In this document: piece by piece, positions 47,201-60,100 of the stretch
Position numbering within the stretch: position 1 is the stretch's first letter
Layout: every line of letters starts with the position of its first letter
Assembly: GCA_040954595.2 (NCBI GenBank)
Contig: CM082594.2
Span: forward strand, 2,250,247 to 2,314,246
Direction of reading: 5' to 3'
DNA length: 64,000 nt
DNA from: Balanoglossus misakiensis
Lineage: Eukaryota; Animalia; Hemichordata
Notes under the pieces: model-generated
Databases searched by the model: none
The model's input: only the letters and a program-made list of their open reading frames with translations
What the model was told of the DNA's origin: nothing
Translations under genes and position numbers: made by a program

Positions 47201-49690
47201 TGGGTCACAACAGCTGTAGAATGTTTCAATTATTACCCTAAACATTTCTGAACCAACGATGCCCTTTTCTCTGTCTGAATTGTTGAGTTGTGGTGGTTCA
47301 TTCTCTTAGTCTGAGTCTGAGTCTTCCAACTTTGGGTATTTTGCTTTACGAACAGACTGTAGTGGCTTCATGTGGCCACATTAAAAAAGCAGCCCGGTGA
47401 CCTCAATTGCAGCAGCACGCGTCAATTTGGATGTAATCAGTCAATTCTTCTGAGGTAGTAGTATTGTCTGGGGCAGCAATGAGATAAGAAGGGCAGAAAT
47501 GTGTCATTGCAAATGTTTTTAGTTGCAATTTTTCACATTAAGCAAATTTTACATGAAAAGTCCCCTTATTGCATTACAATTCACATACTCACTAGACGTG
47601 ATACTGCATGAAATGACACTGCCTTTGTTTTTGGGACCACCTTGTTCGCCGTTCTTTGGACTGGGTTGTTGACACATTGAGCCTATGTTTTTAATTGTGG
47701 ATTTTTGATTTTTCCTTTGTAAAAATAAAATTTTGCAATATACGGGTCACTGCACATGTTTTTGAAAATAAGGCTGTGAATTTAGTCGATAGTTGATCAG
47801 TGGTCTGGGTCTATGAGAAAATCATTTACCGATAACAACGTTTATCTCAAAATGAACACAGTGACCTTACAGTTTTATTTGACTAATAAATGTATTTTTA
47901 CTTGACATAGCTATGTGAATAATTTCATGAAAATGACAATTATAGTAAAGCGAGTTTTCTCGCAATTCCAAAGGAAAGAGACAAATGCGCACAAATTGCA
48001 CAGTTTACAGGTTAACATTCTGCTTATACATCCTTTAAGTACAGTGCACTAGATGTTCATGTAGTGTATTTTATGTTAAGTAATCATAATAACATAATCA
48101 TGTATTTTTCTTTTATGCAGGAAGAATTCCGTACACATTTTAGGAACATCTCCAAGATAATGGATTGTGTTGGATGTGATAAATGCAAATTGTGGGGCAA
48201 ACTTCAAGTAAGTGATATCTATCATTTTTCTTCTTGACAACCCGTCCTATCTCATGAAACATTACTAGAACTGTAAACATCGGCAATATATAATTAGGGG
48301 TTATTACACGAATTTTGGTCGATAACGCGTCGTATTTTAGTGATGTCCGTATTTTGACGAGTTGCATACATGCCTACCTATAAAACAGTACGATTTGCGA
48401 AAATGCTCTGAGAAAAACAATTTCAAATTTGAACCAGGCGCTGGGATCACGGCAGTAGTGTGGGCCGTAGTATCATTTTATGAGTGTTGGCAGCTTTCAT
48501 TACGATGGGCACATCCGCATTCTAAATAAAATTGTCCACGTTCTCTTTCAAAATATCATGTTAATACATTAACAATTATTTTGCGTTGAGAATTTCGAAG
48601 AAGTAAAAATGATACATTCAACATGGCAAAACCGCCAGCTTTGAAAACGTTATTTCAGCTTCTAATAACCGAATTTTACAACACCCCTCTCCACTAGCGT
48701 CATATGCCCCGTACGTCGCTCGCACGCGCAGCGAACTGTCGTGCCGCGCGTTCTCAAAAATTGTTCGAGACGCGGAGTGAAGATATATTGCACTCAGTGT
48801 AATACCGTAAAATATCTTCGGGGCGAGAACAATAGAAAGTGGCAAATACAGGCGTTGCATGTATGATAATACGTAATATTTTTGTCTCTACAGACCCGAG
48901 GAATGGGAACAGCACTAAAAATTCTTTTCTCTGATGAGACTCTGTTCCACAAAGAAGAATTTAGACTGCAGAGATCTGAGATTGTGTCCTTGTTAAATGC
49001 ATTTGGGAGGTAAGAATAACAAAGAAGTATTTTAGAAAATACTTACAACAGGGTCTCTTGGATCAACCCCAGGGATCTGCTATGCACAGCAAATTTCAAA
49101 GCGATTGGACAAGGAGATTGTGAGATTTTTTTTTTTTTTGGGGGGGGGGGGGCAAAAGTGAAATTAGTCTAGAATCAAGACTCATGGTTTTCCCCCCTTT
49201 GCTCTCTCCACACATGGTCTTGTATAGGCCCAACTGAATAACACGCACTTGGCAGTCTAACAGGCCTAGCTAGCCCGCCTGGGAGCCAGGATTCTTGGCA
49301 CCCTGGAAATCAAACCAGTTTCAACTGACTTGGCAGTGTTTATTAGGGTTAATTGGTAAACCTTGTATTGTTGGAGATAATAATATATGGGATGAATTTA
49401 ACTAGCAGTTCTCTCTATCCTGGACTAATGAGACAAGTTGTATGCGTGTATTTGTTTGCGTAATTTATTGATTCATCCACCATGTCTTTAGATGACTTCA
49501 GAATTGTAACATATGACCAACACTGTAGGGGTTGGAAGCAATTTTGGATGATTCTGGATCTGTTGCAGTTTATTGACAGGGTAGATTTTTCCATCAACTG
49601 ATTCTGTTTTTTTTGTTTATTGTTTTCAGATTATCAAACAGTATCAAATATCTTGAAGAGTTAAGGAGACTTATTAAAACGAAAATGTGA
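32260..49690 (+). CDS. ERO1: ERO1-like endoplasmic reticulum oxidoreductin, complete, 13 exons, 447 aa
   Basis: Exons 32260-32361, 34917-35036, 36473-36556, 36867-36902, 37192-37348, 38559-38679, 39335-39390, 39898-39990, 40711-40890, 41490-41620, 48121-48207, 48894-49009, 49630-49690 (1344 nt, phases consistent). Signal peptide followed by [53 protein letters not shown], and the active site [16 protein letters not shown]. Confidence 0.96.
32432..32525. repeat. ~95-bp palindromic mini-element, second copy at ~33510-33602
   Basis: gctgcagtttagtagctcga...tcgagctactgaactgtagc hairpin, present twice in ERO1 intron 1. Confidence 0.7.
38705..39060. mobile_element. Kolobok-type MITE (agggacaaagtc family); partial copies at 36001-36165 and ~53818-54035
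   Basis: Long TIRs agggacaaagtctctctc...gagagactttgtccct-TTAA. Confidence 0.85.
40358..40546. mobile_element. TA-flanked MITE (Tc1/mariner-like ends); second copy 51776-52309 interrupted by a Kolobok MITE
   Basis: TA-ctgtaaaac...ttttacag-TA. Confidence 0.75.
42990..45854 (-). CDS. Toll-like receptor (signal peptide, LRR ectodomain, single C-terminal cysteine cluster, TM, TIR), intronless, 954 aa, nested in ERO1 intron 10
   Basis: The first ATG at 45854 gives the signal peptide [34 protein letters not shown], many LxxLxLxxN repeats, LRRCT LDCTEC...[23 protein letters not shown], and TIR YDAFVCY...[11 protein letters not shown]...SEWCYFE...FWKKL. Confidence 0.96.
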   Translation of the reverse strand: MSPLLRRFAIILLIVNLSESRAGTLCKVYKATCVDCTDRDLVNLPGDLPTRATDLDLANNKLQSLPSYGFKSLRQLESLSIAFNDIKSIGSKSLRGLYRLQQLDLQGNGIATVAPEAFLDLSKLEMLHLSSNQLTTLPEGVFSTLGKLKQLDIRSNSLASLSALAFQGLVSLQKLDLTYNTIEDLSDGVFQELTNLKSIGLSDNPLPCFPSSAVRDLSNIEEIYFDQNTIGADCSEINLKRLQHLKLLSFRHCQLTDTIIQNMSFGVNAPYKINMAFNRLVASNYSAFNVLKNVSRINLSGNQMNLDSLERFLRHFQGEGSSVTKSLKERNLVALELGSNEISSLPTGVFQQLHDLEELDMGYNKLQHVAVDAFLGLHNLKVLGLSDNELNTLHSAFRGLDNIQLIDFTRNRLSNSTQVLHSLGRLPTLRHLNFSYNHLAGQMPPNISDRLPSLVDLDLSHNSFTSVHNDSFRFSVNLERLDLSHNDILLSAEQVFFPLVSLRSLSLTGNPLVHYDTFSWHPFKHCTNLRELFLSNWFAVSLHLEDIPGLESLDFDNALYEHYKVGTVDIADMSKKLGSLRVSKLRIENMFITSWLGRRKNHEIQNRFLTIETLVLSNVRFGMTFDASLFFSLFPNVKNLYLEYIDGITSLKDLPTTKKLEYINFSLGFHHQLTALSTELLESQQNLKEVIIFSTGLDCTECKMKEFLDWAKWDEVVILKVPRCEFPYNVPVYSLNLGLECNQIFKISVPITCVAVFVIVCIVLGIRLRWHVRYVIFLGRLRCGGYQLQINDDDDDQPLNKKYDAFVCYNEHDSDWVWQQLVPNLENAGPPNLKLCLHERDFIPGADIFENILDSIENSHKTMLVLSPHFAESEWCYFEMRMAQNCLFDDKRDVLFLMLLEEIPDAVMPRVLRKILLTKNYITWVENEEGRRLFWKKLKMGLRSGNRVNRVADV

Positions 49691-49995
49691 TGACAGTCAT
49701 CATTCAATCAGAAATTGGAATTGTTAGCTGAACTGCCATGTATGAGAACGTATTGATTTAAATGTGTATACATTTATTACAATATATTGATTTAAGTGTG
49801 TATGATTTGAAATATTGTACTTCAGCTGATCAGTTCATCTTGAAGAAATTCCACTGTTGTCAAAATAAGTGGGCTCTAATGTGACAAATCTGTTTGTGAT
49901 ATATACAAATCAGAAAAAAATGGCCGCTCTCTGAATACAGAGACATTCAACTGATTCACCCCATGTGGGATTTAAGATGTGGACCATTGTATATT

Positions 49996-50260
49996 TAGGC
50001 CCCAAAAAATAATATGTGCTGTTCCGATTACATGGTTTTCAAAAATAGGGTAGGTAGGGAATTATTTTTTTATTTCTCAATTTTACATCAGAAAAACTGT
50101 AATGTAGAGGTATGATGTCATAATTCTTGCATCTATTTTGTGATACATATATATTTTTAACTTTCGGGTTTACGAAGCTCTAAAGAATTTAGGGTCGGTG
50201 GGTCGAAATTAGGGTAGGTCAGGTAATCGGAACAGCACATATACTTTTATTTTGGCCTTA
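49996..50260. mobile_element. MITE with GGCC termini and TTA-type flanks
   Basis: ttaggcc...atatgtgctgttccgattac / gtaatcggaacagcacatat...ggcctta. Confidence 0.65.
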
Positions 50261-50429
50261 TCAATCTTACTTAAAATGTTGGGCTATTTATGAGAAATTT
50301 CGGTGCAACTTCCCTATTGTTTTGTTGTATGGTTTGTGGAATTAAAAACAGTGAAAAGACCATTAATTTGATTGACGTCACAAAATCAGGATAAGTTGCA
50401 TACAGTTGCATTGTTTGACATCCCCTGTA

Positions 50430-51140
50430 TTAAAGCCCCAAGAGCTACCACTTTTTTCATTTATTTCATAATTTTATTTTCCAACTGTGGTCAATCCAAA
50501 TAAGCTTACTGATACATGAACATCTTATCGACTCTAGATTGTGGCTGTATTTTGCGATTTGAACCAGTGATATATTAAATTGGTGCCACGCCTGTTTAAG
50601 GATGTACGTTCAGTAAAATTGAAAGTATTGTCATTTTTTTTAATTGTGGATTTTTGGATTCCCCTTTGTATGTATAATGAAAATCCGTAATAAAATATAG
50701 GGGTCACCGCGCTTGTTTTTGAAATACACAGCCATGAATTTAGTCGATAATAGAAGAAAACTGCTGACTCAGCATTTTTCACCAATGGTTTGTCTATGGG
50801 CAAAATTTTTGACGCAATTTATCTCAAAATAGAGCGCGGTGACACCTATATTTTATTTGACCAATGAATTTATATTTGCTGGACTGAGCTATGTGTAAAA
50901 TTTCGTGAAAATGACAATAGTAGAAGTTTGTTTTCTAGCAATTTTCAATGTAATCCTATGGGAAAAAGACCGGGCGCGCACCGGTTTATGTTCTGCGCGT
51001 ACATCCTTAATTGGTCTCCATATGCACAACACAAAATGTACAGTAGTATTTGTCTCCAAGAGATGACACGCTGACACAAATACAAGCAATATGGCTTTTT
51101 GTGGGAAAAATGTGAAATTTGGCAGCTCATGGGGCTTTAG
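50430..51140. mobile_element. Kolobok-type non-autonomous element; related internal fragment at ~47690-48040
   Basis: TTAA-agccccaagagct...agctcatggggct-ttag; shares the core gaatttagtcgata...aaaatgacaat with 47780-47940. Confidence 0.7.
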
Positions 51141-51844
51141 TAATTATTTTTAATATTACATCTTCATTGCCCAAAATAATACAAATGATATCAATGATAT
51201 GTCCGAATACCTCAATCATTCATAAACTTCATTTGAAGTCATCACAACAACATGAAGTTGTGACGGTTGTAAATTTCAATACCTGAAAAGACTGACCTCT
51301 GTTAGCCCTCATCAGCATATTAATGAATTTCATTGTGAAGTGTTATGTAAATGTGCAGCAATGCAATTATTGGAGAAACTTATCTTACTTAAAGTGTTCA
51401 GTATTCAGAATCAGCTGCAATGTTTTCACCAAAATTCCTTCTTTGAAGGAGAAGTTCAGTCCAGCTGATTTATGCATAATGTGCTTTCTTTGCGGTCACT
51501 TTTCAGGAAAAACCATGGGGGGGGGGGGGGGGGGGGGGAGTCCCAGGGTTGAATTCCGCCCATCATGATGTAGGCAGTACCATTTTGCGATAGGTGTCAC
51601 CGCACGCCAGTCTGCAGGTGTATATGCATAGCTATCATTTGTACTTTGCATCAACCCTAGTGCTTTTTTCCAAAGGTTTTTCCTGAAAAGTGACTTCAGA
51701 TCTAGCACATTATGAAGAAATCAGGTATTGGCAGTTGTATTATACATGTTGTTGCTATGTACACCAAAGTACATGTACTGTAAAACACTTTATTTTCGTG
51801 ACTTTAAATTTTCGCGATATCGAGAGGCCACTGTTTCGTGAGTA

Positions 51845-52199
51845 TTAAAGGGACAAAGTCTCTCTCTCGCTGGCCTTTTTCCATTAACTATATTTGATAC
51901 AAGACGCCGAATATGTTATTCTACATGTGGATATATGGTGAATCAACATTCGACAACACACAACTTCCATCTCGTTTGTAGGATATGAGAGTAAAAACTC
52001 GCCCAAAATGAATAAATGGTAAAGAACGATTATTCATTTTGGCGATTTTTTTCACTCTCCTGTCTATAAAAGGGATGGAAGTTGTGTGTGGTTGAACCTT
52101 CATTCACTATATATCCACATGTAGAATAACAAACGTTGTCTCTTATCAAATATAATTAATGGAAAAAAGGGCAGCGAGAGAGAGACTTTGTCCCTTTAA
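51845..52199. mobile_element. Intact Kolobok-type MITE (agggacaaagtc family)
   Basis: TTAA TSD on both sides; ~150-bp imperfect TIRs. Confidence 0.9.
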
Positions 52200-54186
52200 T
52201 TTTTGCGTTTTCTTATTTCATTAACTGCATCGTTATCTTCAAGAAAAATTACACGACTTTTTATTTTAACGTTATTTTAGTGCTCGCGAAAATAAAGTGT
52301 TTTACAGTATTGTTGCAAATTTTTAAAGAGTACCAGAGTAGTAATGTATCGTACTTCCCAATGATTGAAAAGATATGACGTGCACACAGAAACCATTGTA
52401 TTGTTTCTGGAACATCTCAGCTCATATACTGGCATATAGTGTCGTGTATGGGACCGAGCGTCCGGGTCTATGCTTTAACTTTATGTGTGAGAATTAATTC
52501 TGTGTATTTACAAATGGCAAATAGTGTCTCTGAAACATTTTTAGTTTTACCCTGTGAATAAAGTCGTGTAGCTTTTCATCTCACTTTTGCTATGTATTTT
52601 TTCTAAACCTATGTCACTGTTGTGAAGACAAATTAAATACATGTATTATGAAAAATCGCCACTAGTATGTTTTGTTTTGTTTTGTTTTGTTTTGTTTTAC
52701 ACTGAAAAGGCCAGCAATTCGTTTTACTCCTCATTACAGGTCCCACATGGTCTAAACATTATGCAACACTGTCTATACAGTCAAGTACATGAACAAAATT
52801 TCACAGTGAATAACTGGTAGAAACCATAAATTGTTTCACTGAATGTTCAATCCTGTATGTCTACAAGCATACTAAGTCCAGTATTTCAGCATGTAGTCAA
52901 ACAGCAGGAATAGTTTTCATATCCAACATAATTCATGGAAAAAGCTCAAAAAGAGAGACTTTGTCTATTTTTAACATTTACATGAAACCACACAAGAAAA
53001 ATACTGTGAAAACTGTAAAATGTACTGACCTGAAAATGTAGACAGAACGTGTTAGACAACATGCGGTAGTTTTGGCTATAGGCTTGAACTGCGGGCAGAT
53101 TCAGTTTTATTTCTTCACATTGACAGATTTATGGAAGGAAATGATTGGCTGGTTGGATACCCAGCCAGATGAAATCAATAGGTTATGCAAATGAGGTATT
53201 AATTAACATCATAATACACCCGCATCACAGCTGACCTCAAACTGAATTAACTCAAGCAAACTGTGCAACAACACATTGAATTGAAGGTATATTCTGGTCT
53301 TGCATGTAGAGCACTGTGGAATAGGTATGGTAAGGGATGAACCATTTGAGTGACTAGGGGGGGGGGGGGGTAAAGAACATTTTTTTTTAAAAAAAGATTC
53401 CCAGCAAATGTAAAAGAAAAACATTTCAGCCAGGAGAATAAATAAGATGGCACACTTTTTGTGAAAAAAAAATCCATCAAAAGTTACTTCATGGAACATA
53501 TTTATACATTTCCAGGTGTCTTTCAGGTGAAAATTCTATCAGATATACTATGGTTCTGTGGCCAAATTGTGAGGGGGGTGGGAGTTAGAGTACAATGTGT
53601 CCTACTGCCCTTCCTATGGGTGAATCCCAAGGGTAACTGTGACCTGATGGTGCACTTCCATAGCCAAGATTTTTTGCCATCGGATTTCTGAGAATGTGTT
53701 TATCTGACCCGCAGTTTCCTTATGTAGTGAGTTGCCAGTGACCATGTTTGTGTTTACCAATATCAGCGACAACAACACATGTGCATGCACACATTGGTAA
53801 GAATTGAAACCCATGCACGATTAAGAGGTAGAGACTGGTTAATCATTTTGCTGAGATTTTTAATCTCGTGTCTACACATTTTTAATTTCGTGTCTACAAG
53901 TGGGATGGACATTGTGTAATGTTCGAACATTGATTCATTGTCTTGCCACATGTCAAATAACACATACACAGTGTCTTGTATCAGCCAATGGAAAACAAAG
54001 GGGCAGAAAGAGAGAGTCTTTGCATGTCCCTTTAATGGTCAGAGAGTTGTCCTTCATTTTTCCAATAAACACCAAGTTGATTGTCCTTTCAGGCATGGCA
54101 TCAAAATCACCAAGTCAGTTCAAGTGATATCTCATGAAGAGAAGAAATTCTTAGATGACTTCACGAGGACTTGACAGATGAAAATA

Positions 54187-57100
54187 TCATCTCTGTATGG
54201 ATAGCAGTTGTAGACCAACTCCACCAATCAGCAAGTATAGTGTATCGTACCTGTTAATGAAAAATATACACAGTCACATAAAAAAATTGTCTTGACAATA
54301 ACCACTAAAATGTCCCCTTACTACGGCAGCCAAATATTTATTCTGAGAAAGTTTGTTGCCAATCATACCTAATTAGAGGTTATAATAATCACCTCACTTC
54401 ACTTGGTGATTATTTGATCAAAATATGTTAATTTTCACCTGAGAAGTCTTATATCCCTACCAAATACCCAAGTGCACTGTTTATAACCTCATTATAATAA
54501 TTCGGCCATCCCAAGCAGAAAGGGGTCTTATGGGAGTGTGATGCTTATGACCAGACCCCTTTCTGCTGGGGATGACCCAATTATGATTTTGCTTGATAAA
54601 GATAAACAAGTTCATTATTTCAAATCTGTTGTTCAAGTGGGAATAAATCGTGCCAGTTGCAGGGCCCCATCATTCACTATTCTATAATATGGCCGCTGAG
54701 CTCGTGCAAACATGTTCTAGAATTTCTACAGTCGCAAGATTTTTATGCAACAACCAGTAGAATTCAAAAAGTATGTTCTAATCAGGTGCGTTCTCTCTTT
54801 CTAAATCAAACTCTTTAAAGGTATACAGTCACCTCCAATTTACATACGACCATATATGGCTGAAATGGCGTATTTGAGTGTTCTAAAGAACATTATGGTA
54901 GCGCTCTTATTTTCGCGTGTGCCACCCACTGAAATTCTGTGATTGGCTAGATCTCCATTTGCCATGGCAACTGTAGCTAATTTTCCATAGGTGACCGTAT
55001 ACCTTTAAAGACGACCAAATAAATGACAGTGTTGCAGCCAGCGTGCGCCCTTGCGACATTGTCCCCAAAACTGAAGCCACGGGCGCACTTTCTGGCACAC
55101 TGCGGGTCACCACGGGCGCACTCCGGACGCACGAATGACCCTGATGATATTGTATTTTCCGTCGGTGCTACGATTGAGAGGCGCGCACGTAGTCTGACAG
55201 AGCTCTGACTGGCGGCAGATAATGTACACTGTTTCAATATCTTGCGTGAAATTCAAACACAGACGCGGACCGACAGCCAGCTTTTGTTGTAAGAAAACTA
55301 ATTTGTTGCAAAAACGATACAGAATTTGATTGGCAACTGTCAACACTTTTTTTTTCTTATCGCGGAAAATTCCACTCTTGCCACGCTTCTGAGCCTTCTC
55401 AGTTCTGAATATTGAACGAATGACATCGACATAGCATCTCTGTCAAATTCAGAATGGCTGGACATCAAAAGCGAATTACATCATTTTTCACTAAGCCAAC
55501 TCTGAGTTCGACGACCGATCGCAGTGACGATCAACTGCAGAATGTTGGTCAGGGGCCGGGCATGAACGTACTACATGCTCAGGGGCCCGATGTCTCAAAC
55601 TCTGAGCAATTGGACAGTGAAACGCAGCATGGCCCATCCGAACCGAAGAAAACGAAAACCACGGAAAGAAAGTTTCAAGAGAGCTGGCTGAAAAATGACA
55701 AGTATTCTAACTGGTTGGAATACAACAGTGAAAAGAACCATATGTATTGTAAGATTTGTCGAGAAACCGGCAAACACAATGCGTTGACTGAACAGTCTGG
55801 ATGCGATAATTTCCGTACATCAACATTAGACAGGCACATGCGTGGAAGTGACCACTTACAAGCAATTGAAGAAATCGCCTTGCGCAAAACTTTCAATGCC
55901 GCCGTCAATCGAGCTCTGTCAGAAAACGAACAGGGAATAATATCGGCAATGCAGTCGGTTTACTGGCTGGCAAAAGAAGACATTGCCACGCGGAAATACG
56001 AATCGCTTCTGAAATTCCTGAAATTGCAAGGCGTTCCCACAATGGATAAGTTGCATATCGGACAGAATGCATCTTACACCTCTCGACAAACTGCCGAAGA
56101 GATGCAGGACGCGATTGGAAAAGTGATCGCTGATGATATACAAAGGCAACTACAACAGAGTGAATTTGTCAGTGTACTTTCCGATGAAAGTACGGATATT
56201 TCGGTATCCAAAAAGCTTGTCATATACGCCCGTATGATTGAGGAGGATTTCACCCCGAGAACGCGGTACGTCGGAAATGTGAAAGTAAAAGATGGCACGG
56301 CAGTGACTATAGCGGCAGAGCTGAAAAACAATCTACTGGAGAAAAATGGTATCAAGCCATCTCAGCTTATTGGTTTCGGCAGCGATGGCGCGAGTGTCAT
56401 GAGGGGACGCAAAAACGGCGTTTCGGTTCGCATCCAGCGGGAAGTAAACCCGCACTTGATCAGTATACACTGCGTGGCGCATCGCCTGGCCTTGTGCACC
56501 AGTCAGGCCGCCGACGGCATTCCTTACCTCAAAAAATACCAACAAACTTTGACCGACATATACTATTACTTCAAACGATCGGCCGTTCGCACAGAAGGGG
56601 TAAAAGATATTCAAGCAATTCTCGACGACCCAAGTCTGAAATACAAGGAGGTACACGATGTACGCTGGTTTTCTTTTTACGCCGCGCTCGAAACAATCTA
56701 CAGAACATACGGTTCTCTCGTAACCTATTTCAGTTCTGTTGCGGAGAAAACGCCGGTCGCGAAAGGTCTGGTCAAAACCATGACGCAGTTTGAGTTTGTC
56801 GCGGTCACACACTTACTCATGGATGTTATCCCAATTTTGACACACTTGAGTATGGTGTTTCAGAGCGCCGACCTCGACATCGCGATTGTGCAGGCTTTGG
56901 TAAAGACAACCGTTGGTCAGGTCAAAGAATTGGCTACACAAGATGGCAAATTTCTTTCAGAGTTCGAGAGAATGAAGAAGTCCGATGACAAGTTTTCAGT
57001 CTCTGGCCATGATATCAGCGTAACGCGTAATGCCATCGCACATTTCAGGAATATCAGAAGCGGGTTCATAGAAAACATTCTACGAAACCTCCATGAGAGA

Positions 57101-60100
57101 TTTCCCCAGGATACAACTGACTTGATTAATGCCTTTGCTGTCTTAGCTATGAGACCCCTGACATTCCTGTCTGCCGACCAGGTCAGCGATTTCGGAAACA
57201 AGGAAATCGGTATGTTGGTATCACATTTCGGAGAATCAAAAACACTTGAAGATGAAACGGTAATCGATCCCATCGTTGATCGCGACGCTGTTAATCGTGA
57301 GTGGGCAACCGCGAAGGCACTAGTATTGTCTCAGTTATACCCACGAGATAGGATGGCGGTTCTATGGAAGTTGCTATACGCGTACCATCGAGATCAATTC
57401 CCAAACTTGTTCAAGTTAGCCAAAATTGCACTCGTTTTGCCAGTCCAGACAGCCGACTGCGAAAGGGGGTTTTCTGTCCAAAACAGAATCAAAACAAGTA
57501 GTCGAAACCGCTTGGAAGCCAATAGATTGCACACATTGTCACTGATCTCAGCCGAGGGACCCCCCATCGAGGAATTTCCGTTCAGGGTTGCCCTCAAGGA
57601 ATGGCGACAAGTAAAACAAAGGCGCATAGACAATCATTGGAAGTGACTTTATAATGACAATGAGGACATGTGATTTGGACATGATTAGCATAAAATGCAG
57701 AGCAAACTATTCATTGTGTCAGATCAAAGAGGGCTGCTTGGGTGTTTTATTAAAAATATCAAATAATACAACTTTTGTATGGTATGTCAGTGTGTGTGTC
57801 GTGTGTACACGCAACGTTTATGCATGGGCGTACGTCCATGGTTTATGTTGTCCCCAAAAAATGCAAAATGTCCCCAAAAATAAATAGTGGGGGGACACAG
57901 TGTCCCCTGTTATAAAATTCCTGGCTGCAACACTGTTTTAAATGACATTGATCGACGCCTATAGTCTGACGACATTTAATGAGCAAATTTGGTCCCTGAA
58001 AAACGACAATTAATGTCATATCTGGGCCCCTAAATATCATGTCGTCTCCAAGTGACAAATACAGCATGCAACAGCCATCTTGAATTAATATATTGTGACC
58101 ACTGCTTAGGGTATGGGTGATCTGACAGACAGTCGCCATGATCTTAAACACTGCACAAAGAAGATCCACTTCCTAGACTGAGCAGTCATTCGCAAGCACC
58201 AACTGTTATGTAAGATTTGCACTCAAACTTTGCGCCTTAAACCTCTTGGAGGATCCACGCAAAGGTCACACGAGTTCAAGCGTACTGAATTGCAGGTGAA
58301 AAATAGGACTTCAAGATGGCTCTTGGGTGTAAGTATCTGCCATGTGAAGAAGACAAGATAGGGCCAAGATACGGTACTATTAAAGGGACAAAGTCTCTCT
58401 CTCGCTGCCCTTTTTCCATTAATTATGTTTGATACAAGAGACTGTTTATGTTAATATACATGTACATGTGTATAAGTAGTGAATGGACATTCAACCACAC
58501 AACTTCCACCCCGCTTGTATAATATGAGAGTAAAAACTCGCCAAAAATGAATAAATGGTAGAGATCGATTATTCATTTTGGCAAGTTTTTTCACTCTCGT
58601 ATCTACAAGAATGATGGAAGTTGTGTGTGGTTAAACGTTGATTCACTATATATCCACATGTACATTAACATAAATGGTGTCTTGTATCAAACATAATTAA
58701 TGAAAAAAGGGCAGCGAGAGAGAGACTTTATCCCTTTAATTGCCATTTTTCAGGTATAAACTTCCATAATAACATGTACACTTGACGCGTTCCAGTCAAA
58801 GCAGACCTAAAATGTATCAATTTGTAAGCATAAAATTACCCCATTCAAAATATTCAAATTAGAAAAGACGCATATGCATTCTTGGCGTCCCCAGAGACAC
58901 ACAAAGGGCAAGTGCTGAGGTACTCTCATCGAAAAGTGAATACTCTCATCGAAAAGCTTGGTGCTAATTTTGGCATGAATTACACTCCATAGACGTCGAA
59001 CCATGTCATTTATTTCATCATCTTTAAAGAGTTTGGTTGTTTTTTCATGGCAAATTTCATTCCCGGCAGGGTGATAGTATCCTTCCTTCTCTCTCTCTAT
59101 TACATATGTATATTATAAGCGCTGTCAACTACGATGCGACTTGTGCATCACACAGTAATACTTAAAGGTATACAGTCACCTATGCAAATTTAGCTACTGT
59201 TACCATGGCAAATTGAGATCTAGCCAATCACAGATTTTTAGTGGGTTGCACACGCAAAAAAAAGAGCGCCGCTATCTGTTCTTTGGAACGCTCAAATATG
59301 CCATTTCAGCCATATATGGGCGTATGTAAATTGGAGGGGACCGTATACCTTTAACCTGACAGAGCTGAAACCAACAATGATCTGATCTCACTACCATAAA
59401 AATTGAAATTCAACTTACTTGATTGTCCATGACTCCATGCAAATAAGATCTGATACATTCACTATCCTGGACTGTTCAAGTGTCACCTTGATACAAGAAC
59501 ATAAAAAAGTTTAACAGCAATATCTACAATACCCTACATGCATCCAAGTAGATACACAACAGTGATGGCGGGTGATCTGGGTGCATGTCTTTCTGGTGCA
59601 CATGCACCCTTGGGCAGAATTTTGGTATAAAGGGCCAAGACATACTCTTACAATAACCTTGAAATTATACCACTTTAAGCAAAAGGAAATATCATTGTTT
59701 TGAATACAGTTACACCAAAAGTGTGGTTTGAAGAGCAAAAACATGTTTGTGTAGTTCAAGAATGAAAACCATATTTGATATATCTCATTTCCACAATAGC
59801 TAGATGACTTAACAGGTCATCTGCTCTTAGTACGAGTCCTAATTCTGAATTCATTGCAGTCAATCTGTACACTTATTGTGATCACGATGTTGTGATCAAG
59901 CACAAATTTTACTATTGAACAATCCAACACTTTTGGAGAGCTAGCGTGAATGCAACAGGCAACTGCTTTTCTTATTAAGCACTGTGTTTGGTGTTCTAGT
60001 CTGCAGGGCTGCATGCATGGACACATACCTTCTAAATGGTGGGTATCAGCTTGCACTTGGGTAGTCTAGTAATCTAGCCGTATTTTGTCCGCTTTGCTTC

